This document shows positions 47,742 to 55,517 of a stretch of DNA of 64,000 nt, in pieces; the stretch's first letter is position 1, and each line of letters begins with the position of its first letter. The position numbers and the translations under genes are program-made. Origin of the DNA: Holosporales bacterium (GTDB lineage Bacteria; Pseudomonadota; Alphaproteobacteria; UBA3830; JAIRWN01). The notes below the pieces were generated by a model, which worked only from the letters and a program-made list of their open reading frames with translations, ran no database searches and had not been told where the DNA came from. The stretch covers positions 1 to 64,000 of the forward strand of contig JAIRYS010000021.1 in assembly GCA_031267535.1 (NCBI GenBank). Direction: 5' to 3'.

Positions 47742-49091
47742 TCAGATGTTCGTCAAGCAATCAGACAAAGCCGCCATCGTGTTTTGCAAAAAAACAGTGT
47801 CTTGACCTTCCGCCATCACTCTAATTAACGGCTCGGTACCAGACGGCCTAACCAGAACTCGACATCCGGCAGATGCAGCTTTATCCGTTATCTTGGCCAG
47901 CTCAAAGATGACACGCCGGTCCTTCAAGATAGACGCCTTAACAGGAAAGTTTTTAAGGAATTGAGGATATGGCTCAAACAGACGAAAAGCCTTATTGGCC
48001 GTGATTTTATTGTCAATTATGATAGACAGCATATGTAAAGCAGACAAAATACCATCACCTGTAGACGTTTCACTGCCGATAATAATGTGCCCAGATTGCT
48101 CACCTCCAAGCGCTGAACCTTTATCCAGCATCATTTTGGCTACAGAGCTGTCACCTACGTCGCTGCGATATACGGTAATGCCATTTTGGGACAAAAAGAC
48201 TTCAAGCCCCATATTAGACATTAATGTAACAACTACGTTGTTTCCTTTTAAGACGCCTTTTTTAAACATATCGACGGCTAAGGTTGCGACGATGGCGTCG
48301 CCGTCTATTATTTTACCTGCCTCATCACACATGATCAGGCGATCTCCATCGCCATCAAAAGCAATACCCACATCTGATTTCGTGCTAAGCGTAAGGTTAA
48401 CAATGGACTCAGGACAAGTTGCGCCAACTTTTGAGTTTATGTTTTTGCCGTCCGGCTTGCAGCCAGTGATCGCCACTTTCGCCCCTAATTCTTCAAAAAG
48501 TCTGGGGGCAATTTCGGAATTAGCGCCGTTCGCACAATCAATAGCAACAGACACTCCGTTCAAAGAAAGTCCGCGATGAAATCCTCTTAACAAAGCGTCT
48601 TTATAAATTTGATAATAGGTTTCAACAGTTAGCTTTGAATCTGAGGAAACCTTATCTTGAGCAAAATTATTATCTAAAGGGACTGAACGTTTTGGCCTTA
48701 TTTTGCTGTTGATCAAAGCGGCTTGTTTTTGTGAAAGTTTTCTGCCGTCTCTGTTGAATATTTTTATACCATTATCTTGATACAGATTATGCGAGGCGGT
48801 AATCGATATGCCGCAATCAAAGCTCATATCTTTAGTTACGAAGGAAACTGCCGGAGTTGGCAGTACGCCGCCTAAGGTTACTTCAACTTCAAGTGAAGAG
48901 AAGCCGGCGACTAATCCCTGCTCAAGCACATCGCAAGAGATTCTTGTATCCCTACCAATGAATACTCGTTTAATGTTTCCCAAAGCGCCAGAGGACGCAA
49001 TCGCGCTGGCCACTTGCACGCAACCATCAAAAGAAACTGGCCAATCGCCCGCTTTACCTCTGATTCCATCGGTTCCAAAAACATTTGGCAT
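47742..49091 (-). CDS. glmM: Phosphoglucosamine mutase
   Basis: FGTDGIRGKAG, the active-site loop ITASHN, the metal site FDGDGDR, and GEQSGH. Confidence 0.97.
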   Translation of the reverse strand: MPNVFGTDGIRGKAGDWPVSFDGCVQVASAIASSGALGNIKRVFIGRDTRISCDVLEQGLVAGFSSLEVEVTLGGVLPTPAVSFVTKDMSFDCGISITASHNLYQDNGIKIFNRDGRKLSQKQAALINSKIRPKRSVPLDNNFAQDKVSSDSKLTVETYYQIYKDALLRGFHRGLSLNGVSVAIDCANGANSEIAPRLFEELGAKVAITGCKPDGKNINSKVGATCPESIVNLTLSTKSDVGIAFDGDGDRLIMCDEAGKIIDGDAIVATLAVDMFKKGVLKGNNVVVTLMSNMGLEVFLSQNGITVYRSDVGDSSVAKMMLDKGSALGGEQSGHIIIGSETSTGDGILSALHMLSIIIDNKITANKAFRLFEPYPQFLKNFPVKASILKDRRVIFELAKITDKAASAGCRVLVRPSGTEPLIRVMAEGQDTVFLQNTMAALSDCLTNI

Positions 49092-49110
49092 TGGAACAAG
49101 AACCTATTTG

Positions 49111-51102
49111 TTATTGTTTTTGCTTGCTGGAACGGGATTTTGCAGAACGCGGCCTATTGTCAGCTTTGCGTTTAAATGGCGACGCGCTGGTTTTACTTTG
49201 CTTTGCCGGCGCTTTTTTGTAAGTTTTTTTAGAGGTCGGAAAATCCAGGCTTTTGCTGCTGTCCTTGGCCTTGCTTACCTCGTGAGTCGTCGGTATTTGG
49301 CGATTTATGGTTTCTCCGCGTAGCAGCGCTTTAATCTCATCACCGCTTAATGTTTCATAATCAATCAGTCCCTTAGCGACAACATGCAACTGCTCCATAT
49401 TATTGCTCAGCAGGTCATAAGTCTTTTCGTAGAGTCTATCGACAAGTTCGCGCACTTCGCGGTCGACTGCCTGTGCCGTTACTTCTGACATCTGTCGAGA
49501 ATTCACCATAGAATGCCCTAGAAACACATCTTGCGACGATTCAGCGTAAGACAGGAAGCCCAGCTTTCCCATCCCCCATTCGATAATCATTTTTTTTACT
49601 ATATCAGTAGCTTGCTTTATGTCAGAGGAAGCTCCGGTTGTAACCTTACCGTAACCGAACACCAGTTCCTCAGCGATTCTGCCGCCCATCGCAACACACA
49701 AATCTGCCTCTAGCTTATCTCTTGAAACAGAGATTCGGTCGCTCTCCGGCAATCGCATAACCATACCAAGCGCTCTACCTCTTGGTATTATTGTCGCTTT
49801 ATGTATGGGGTCAGAGTCCTTCATGTTAAGGGCCACAATGGCATGTCCTGCTTCGTGATAGGCAGTCAGGCGTTTTTCCTCATCCGACATCACCATAGAC
49901 CGACGCTCTATTCCCATGAGGACTTTGTCTTTTGCGGATTCAAATTCCGACATACTAACTTGCCTTTTACCTCTGCGAGCGGCAAGCAAGGCCGCTTCGT
50001 TTACCAAATTTGCTAAATCTGCACCCGAGAAACCCGGCGTGCCTCTGGCAATTACCATCAAATCTACGTCGCTCGATAAAGGAACTTTTTTGGAGTGTAC
50101 CTTGAGGATACGCTCTCGGCCGTTAAGGTCTGGATTGGGAACAACAACCTGACGATCGAACCTCCCTGGCCTAAGTAAAGCCGGGTCAAGTACATCCGGT
50201 CGATTAGTTGCGGCAATTATAATGACCCCGGCATTATCTTCAAATCCGTCCATCTCAACCAACAGCTGGTTAAGCGTCTGCTCTCTTTCATCATTTCCGC
50301 CGCCCAAACCAAAGCCTCTGTGGCGACCAACTGCATCGATTTCATCGACGAAGATTATACATGGAGCGTTACGCTTACCTTGTTCGAACATGTCTCGTAC
50401 GCGGCTTGCGCCAACGCCGACGAACATTTCAACAAACTCAGAACCGGAGATACTGAAAAACGGCACCCCAGCTTCACCAGCAATCGCACGCGCTAAAAGC
50501 GTCTTTCCAGTGCCAGGCGGGCCGACCAGCAAGACTCCGCGTGGAATTTTTCCGCCAAGTCGTTGAAATTTCTTAGGGTCTTTAAGAAAATCAATGATCT
50601 CACCAAGTTCATTCTTGGCCTCGTCTATACCGGCCACATCGTCGAACTTTATTTTGACGACTTTCTCACCAAGCATCTTGGCCTTAGATTTGCCGAAACC
50701 AAGGGCTCTGTTCCCTCCAGATTGCATCTGACGCCAAATAAAAAACCATCCGCCCATAAGAAGCAACATCGGCAGCCAGCTTAGGATAAGGTGAAGAAAT
50801 GAAAATTGTTCGTCGTCTCTTGGAACTACGTTAATCTGAACTCCTCGAGCAGCAAGCTTCTTTATAAGTTCTGGATCATATGGGGCATAGGTTTTGGCTA
50901 TCAACCGTTGGTTGTTAACCATAATTATGTTCTGACCTTTTATATCAACGCGAAGGATTTTGCCCTGCTCAACTTCCTGAAGAAAATCACTGTATGGAAT
51001 GCTGGTTAAGCTGTTGCTCTTATCCTGAAACAGATTGAACAAGGCGATAATCGATACAACGATTACCGTCCATAAAAACGCGTTTCTTCCGAATTTATTC
51101 AC
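49111..51102 (-). CDS. ftsH: ATP-dependent zinc metalloprotease FtsH
   Basis: Two TM helices. AAA motifs GPPGTGKT and DEIDA, plus the SRH. M41 zinc site HEAGHA. Carries a ~60-aa Lys/Ser-rich C-terminal tail. Confidence 0.98.
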   Translation of the reverse strand: MNKFGRNAFLWTVIVVSIIALFNLFQDKSNSLTSIPYSDFLQEVEQGKILRVDIKGQNIIMVNNQRLIAKTYAPYDPELIKKLAARGVQINVVPRDDEQFSFLHLILSWLPMLLLMGGWFFIWRQMQSGGNRALGFGKSKAKMLGEKVVKIKFDDVAGIDEAKNELGEIIDFLKDPKKFQRLGGKIPRGVLLVGPPGTGKTLLARAIAGEAGVPFFSISGSEFVEMFVGVGASRVRDMFEQGKRNAPCIIFVDEIDAVGRHRGFGLGGGNDEREQTLNQLLVEMDGFEDNAGVIIIAATNRPDVLDPALLRPGRFDRQVVVPNPDLNGRERILKVHSKKVPLSSDVDLMVIARGTPGFSGADLANLVNEAALLAARRGKRQVSMSEFESAKDKVLMGIERRSMVMSDEEKRLTAYHEAGHAIVALNMKDSDPIHKATIIPRGRALGMVMRLPESDRISVSRDKLEADLCVAMGGRIAEELVFGYGKVTTGASSDIKQATDIVKKMIIEWGMGKLGFLSYAESSQDVFLGHSMVNSRQMSEVTAQAVDREVRELVDRLYEKTYDLLSNNMEQLHVVAKGLIDYETLSGDEIKALLRGETINRQIPTTHEVSKAKDSSKSLDFPTSKKTYKKAPAKQSKTSASPFKRKADNRPRSAKSRSSKQKQ

Positions 51103-51126
51103 TACAAAACCCTGAAAAGCGTAACA

Positions 51127-52485
51127 CTATTTACGTCGTAAAAAGGCGGGAATGTCAAGCTCGTCAACCTCAAGGGCTTGGTTGTTTTCAGGCTTAGGAC
51201 TGGATGCGGCAGCATTTGCATCGCTTTTGGGGACGCTTCTGTTGTGTTTAGATCGCCATCTATCGAAAAAAGACAGCAAACCTTTTTCTTCACCATGTTT
51301 TTCCAGAACCTCTTCCAAGTCGACCTGCTCAGACTTTTTCGATTCCTTATCGGCGACGTCTTCGTTTTCCTCAGCTTTATTGTCAGAATTGCTCTCTGAA
51401 ACCACATTATCAATGCTATTGCCAAAAAGGCTTGTAGGAATCTCAAGGGCCGCTCTTTGGGTATCGGAGACGTCAATGCCGGTCGCAACAACCGAAACCC
51501 TCATGTTGCCAAACATAGATTCATCAAACGCAGATCCAAATATTATATTCGCTTCGGAATCTACTTCTTCTCTGATGCGGTTAGCCGCTTCATCGACCTC
51601 ATACAACGTCATATCATAGCCGCCTGTAATATTGATAAGCACGCCCCTTGCGCCCTTCATAGAAACGTCGTCAAGCAACGGATTAGAGATAGCCGCCTCA
51701 GCAGCGTCCAAAGCCTTTCGTTCGCCGGATGCATCGCCAGTTCCCATCATGGCTTTGCCCATCTCGCTCATGACTGTGCGAATATCGGCAAAATCCAAGT
51801 TTATAAGCCCCGGCATTACCATCAAGTCTGTAACGCCTCTTACTCCGGAATACAGGACGTCGTCCGCCATTCTAAACGCATCGGCGAAGGTTGTTTTTTC
51901 GTTGGCCACACGAAACAAGTTTTGATTAGGTATTACAATAAGCGTATCGACGAACTGCTGAAGCCCGTCAATTCCCTTTTCCGCCGTGCGCATACGGTGT
52001 ATACCTTCAAAATGAAAAGGCTTGGTAACAACGCCAATTGTCAAAATTCCTTGATCTCTGGCCATTTTCGCAACCACCGGAGCCGCGCCAGTGCCGGTTC
52101 CGCCCCCCATACCTGCCGTGATAAAGGCCATGTTGCTGCCTTTTAGGCACTCCATAATTTCAATTTCAGCTTCTTCCGCTGAAGCTTTACCTACTTCCGG
52201 CCGCGAACCTGCCCCCAGACCCTGGGTAATGTTCGGCCCTAGTTGAATTTTTGTACTTGCAAGCGAGTTAGCAAGCGCCTGAGAATCGGTGTTAGCCACA
52301 ACAAAATCAACCCCCTCAAGCTTAGACCTGATCATATTGTTTACGGCGTTGCCTCCGGCCCCACCGATTCCAAATACAGCTATCTTGGGACGAAGGCTTG
52401 TAATATCCTGATTAAACAACGCCCTTTGCTCCGGTTGTTTTGCGGACTTTTTAGGCTCTTTTACTTCTGATTCTGCTGTTGACAT
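51127..52485 (-). CDS. ftsZ: Cell division protein FtsZ
   Basis: [13 protein letters not shown], the [11 protein letters not shown] tubulin signature, and the C-terminal peptide DIPAFLRRK. The ATG at 52485 is preceded by AAGGAA. The ORF opens at TTG 52512. Confidence 0.97.
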   Translation of the reverse strand: MSTAESEVKEPKKSAKQPEQRALFNQDITSLRPKIAVFGIGGAGGNAVNNMIRSKLEGVDFVVANTDSQALANSLASTKIQLGPNITQGLGAGSRPEVGKASAEEAEIEIMECLKGSNMAFITAGMGGGTGTGAAPVVAKMARDQGILTIGVVTKPFHFEGIHRMRTAEKGIDGLQQFVDTLIVIPNQNLFRVANEKTTFADAFRMADDVLYSGVRGVTDLMVMPGLINLDFADIRTVMSEMGKAMMGTGDASGERKALDAAEAAISNPLLDDVSMKGARGVLINITGGYDMTLYEVDEAANRIREEVDSEANIIFGSAFDESMFGNMRVSVVATGIDVSDTQRAALEIPTSLFGNSIDNVVSESNSDNKAEENEDVADKESKKSEQVDLEEVLEKHGEEKGLLSFFDRWRSKHNRSVPKSDANAAASSPKPENNQALEVDELDIPAFLRRK

Positions 52486-52612
52486 AGGTGCGAATTCCTT
52501 TAAAGCTTGCAAGCAAAATATTGCCTTTTATTTTATCATCTATTTAGCATAAGCACAATACTGGGCCACAGAATTTTATGCCACCGCATGAATTTTCGTG
52601 ACTGTAGAGTAT

Positions 52613-52621
52613 TTATCCACA
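52613..52621 (+). promoter_or_regulatory. Consensus DnaA box TTATCCACA in the ftsZ upstream region
   Basis: Exact 9-mer ~130 nt upstream of the ftsZ ATG. Partial box-like sequences (GGGCCACAG, TTATGCCAC) lie within the preceding 55 nt. Confidence 0.4.
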
Positions 52622-52998
52622 GTGGCGCCAAATTGATTTAGTCATGCCAACCACCCGCATGTGACGACTGGCTAGTTTTAAAGTAATTTGGTTTTAGGTA
52701 TTGATATTTGAAAAAACACCCAGCCCCCTCTGCAAAGCACAATTGGACTTATGCAAGGTCCGCTACTATTGATTTCAGCTGGCTCTGCAGTAATCGATCA
52801 AGAAATAAGACGGCGTTTACTAGCTTAGATCGCTTGATTAAGGCAGTAAACATCCCCGATCATTCAAGTAAAATCCTTAAGAAGCAAGGAGCATACAGCG
52901 TGTATACCAGATTGATTTTGTTGACAATATTTTAAAATTATTGACTAAAAGAGCGATAAGGCATAAAATAAACCCTCTCTTGCCATATCAATAAAACA

Positions 52999-54297
52999 AT
53001 GGAAGACAGCAACAAAATCTTGGCCGTGAAGGCTATGCTTGTTCTTTGTCAACAAAAGCTTAAGAATCAGCAAAGAATTAAAGCCAAATATAATTGGCGG
53101 TTAAATGCCAGGAAAAGCCAGCATGTTCCAGATGGCAATTGGAAAATATGGCTGATTTTGGCTGGACGAGGGTTTGGTAAAACAAGAACGGGCGCCGAGA
53201 CAATTCGGCATTGGGTGAACAGCGGTCTATATAAACGTATAGGTCTGATAGCCAATTCTATAAACGACGCGAGGACAGTTATGATTGAAGGAGAAAGCGG
53301 ACTGCTGTCCGTGACGCCTCCTTGGGAAGATACTGTGTTTGAGCCGTCTAACCACTTAATCAGATGGGAAAAGCGTCGTGCACTTGCCCAGATATTTAGC
53401 GCTCAGACGCCTGAAAAACTGCGTGGGCCGCAGTTTGATGCGATCTGGATTGACGAGCTGGCTAAGTTTAAAAAAGCGAGAGAGGTTTTAGATCAAGCAA
53501 CTTTTGCTCTGAGATTGGGTAAATTACCCAGAATGATAATCACGACAACGCCTCGCCCCACTAAAGTCATTAAATCCTTAATCGCGCGCGATGATGTGTT
53601 CTTGACCAAAGGAAGCACTTTTGAAAACGAAAGCAACCTGGCGCCCCAGTATATTGAGCAAATGACCAAAAGATATTCTGGCACTAAAATCGGGGCGCAG
53701 GAGCTGTACGCCGAAATTGTTGAAGATAATACAGCCGCGCTTTGGTCGTGGAGAATGATCGAAAACGCACACAAGGTTCCTCCTGACATGCAGCTTCAAC
53801 AAATCGTCATCGGCATAGATCCGGCCATAACTACCAATAACAGAAGCGATGAAACTGGAATTATTGTGGCTGGAATTGATGAAATGGGACGTATTTTGGT
53901 GCTTGAGGACGCAAGCGCTAAGGATCCATCTGATCTGTGGGCCGCTAAAGTAGCGCAGTGTTATGCAAAATATAACGCGAACGCCGTGGTTGTAGAAATT
54001 AACGCAGGCGGCGATTTGGTTGAGCAGATTCTACTTGCAACGAATAAAACCATGCATATCAAAAAGGTGCGAGCAAGTAACGGCAAGTTGGTTAGGGCAG
54101 AGCCAATATCCATGTTTTACAAGATGGGCAAGGTTTTTCACAACCAAATTTTTACGGAGCTTGAAAAGCAAATGACTTCATATACCGCCAAGCCAGGTGA
54201 AAAATCGCCAGACCGACTGGACGCTTTGGTCTGGGCTTTAACTGAGCTGACTAAACACACCAACTCAGATATGGATACAGAAGCCTGGAATCTTTGA
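52999..54297 (+). CDS. Phage/GTA-type terminase large subunit (RcGTA g2-like), solitary
   Basis: 432 aa. Walker A LILAGRGFGKTRTGAE, Walker B AIWIDELAKF, ...ITTTPRPT..., and a nuclease domain with IGIDPA...SDETGIIVAG and SPDRLDALVWALTEL. Confidence 0.85.
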   Translation: MEDSNKILAVKAMLVLCQQKLKNQQRIKAKYNWRLNARKSQHVPDGNWKIWLILAGRGFGKTRTGAETIRHWVNSGLYKRIGLIANSINDARTVMIEGESGLLSVTPPWEDTVFEPSNHLIRWEKRRALAQIFSAQTPEKLRGPQFDAIWIDELAKFKKAREVLDQATFALRLGKLPRMIITTTPRPTKVIKSLIARDDVFLTKGSTFENESNLAPQYIEQMTKRYSGTKIGAQELYAEIVEDNTAALWSWRMIENAHKVPPDMQLQQIVIGIDPAITTNNRSDETGIIVAGIDEMGRILVLEDASAKDPSDLWAAKVAQCYAKYNANAVVVEINAGGDLVEQILLATNKTMHIKKVRASNGKLVRAEPISMFYKMGKVFHNQIFTELEKQMTSYTAKPGEKSPDRLDALVWALTELTKHTNSDMDTEAWNL

Positions 54298-54317
54298 AAA
54301 TGCAAAATTAGCAGTCG

Positions 54318-55316
54318 CTATACTGATATATACTCAGCTATGTCGATCATTCTGTGTACAAAGGCCCATTCGTTATCGTACCAAGCCATGATTCGGCAGA
54401 AATTGCCGTCTGTAACGCAGGTTTGCGTTGCATCGAATATGGCGCTGAAACACGTGTGATTGCAGTCGCTGGAAACAATTTCATCTTCGCAAATAGAAAT
54501 AATCCCCTTCATAGATGAACTTGCTGCGTCTTTAATTGCATCGTTTATCTGGCCAGAGGTCACTTTCTGCTTAGATGAGAATGAGAAATCTATCAAAGAT
54601 ACGTTGGGGGCAGGCACTCTTAGCGCCGTGCCGGTAAGTTTTCCAGCCAATTCAGGGATAACTAAATCAATGGCTTTGGCTGCCCCAGTGGATGTTGGAA
54701 TTATGTTGACTGCGGCAGCGCGCGCGCGACGAAAATCTTTTTTATGGGCAGTGTCTATCAGGTTTTGGTCGCCAGTATAAGCGTGAACCGTGGTCATGTG
54801 ACCTTTTTCTATGCCAAAGCGACCGTTAATAACCTTGGCGATCGGCGCCAAACAATTTGTCGTACACGAGGCTGCAGAAATTACCCTATGACAGTTTTGG
54901 ATTTGCTTATGATTAACGCCATACACAACTGTTGCATCTGCATTTTTACACGGCGCAGAAACTATGACCTTTTTGGCCCCTGCGTTTAGGTGAGCGGCCG
55001 CTTTCTTTTTATCAACGAAACGTCCCGAACACTCCATGACGATATCGACCCCTAATTTGTTCCAGGGCAGATGGCCGGGATCTGAAATGCTCAACATTCC
55101 AATACTGCTACCGTTTATCCTCAGTTGACCGTCCTGAACACTCACGCTGCCATCAAAAGTTCCGTGAACAGAGTCGTATTTGAACAGATGCGAGCTTATA
55201 TCTGCTTTCGCTAAGTCGTTTACGGCAACTACTTTTAAGCTTTTGTTACTCAACATAGCACGCAGAGCTAAGCGACCAATGCGGCCAAAACCATTTATCG
55301 CAATCAATTTTGACAC
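54318..55316 (-). CDS. gap: Glyceraldehyde-3-phosphate dehydrogenase
   Basis: INGFGRIGR, the ASCTTNCLAP active site, and WYDNEW. Confidence 0.98.
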   Translation of the reverse strand: MSKLIAINGFGRIGRLALRAMLSNKSLKVVAVNDLAKADISSHLFKYDSVHGTFDGSVSVQDGQLRINGSSIGMLSISDPGHLPWNKLGVDIVMECSGRFVDKKKAAAHLNAGAKKVIVSAPCKNADATVVYGVNHKQIQNCHRVISAASCTTNCLAPIAKVINGRFGIEKGHMTTVHAYTGDQNLIDTAHKKDFRRARAAAVNIIPTSTGAAKAIDLVIPELAGKLTGTALRVPAPNVSLIDFSFSSKQKVTSGQINDAIKDAASSSMKGIISICEDEIVSSDCNHTCFSAIFDATQTCVTDGNFCRIMAWYDNEWAFVHRMIDIAEYISV

Positions 55317-55517
55317 AACAAATCTCCTGCTAATCAGCTAGGTAAGCTTACATAAATACACAAAAAGACTTAAAAAATATATAAGGGCGCTGCCTTAAGA
55401 ATCCCCAAAAGGGCCGCATGACTAAAAATTTATAGAAAAACAGTGCGCTTTATAGGGATGTATATTTATATTTTCATCTTGATATAGACGGATTGTTTAA
55501 AATAGACTGAAAAATAT

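Noticed and set aside
51102-51491. 129-aa minus-strand ORF overlapping the ftsZ 3' end in another frame and abutting ftsH
   Set aside because: The ftsZ frame encodes the conserved C-terminal peptide DIPAFLRRK. The alternative frame has no start context or recognisable features.
52513-54297. Prophage or GTA cluster around the terminase
   Set aside because: Only the large terminase is present. There are no portal, capsid, tail, integrase or att-like repeats in the flanks.
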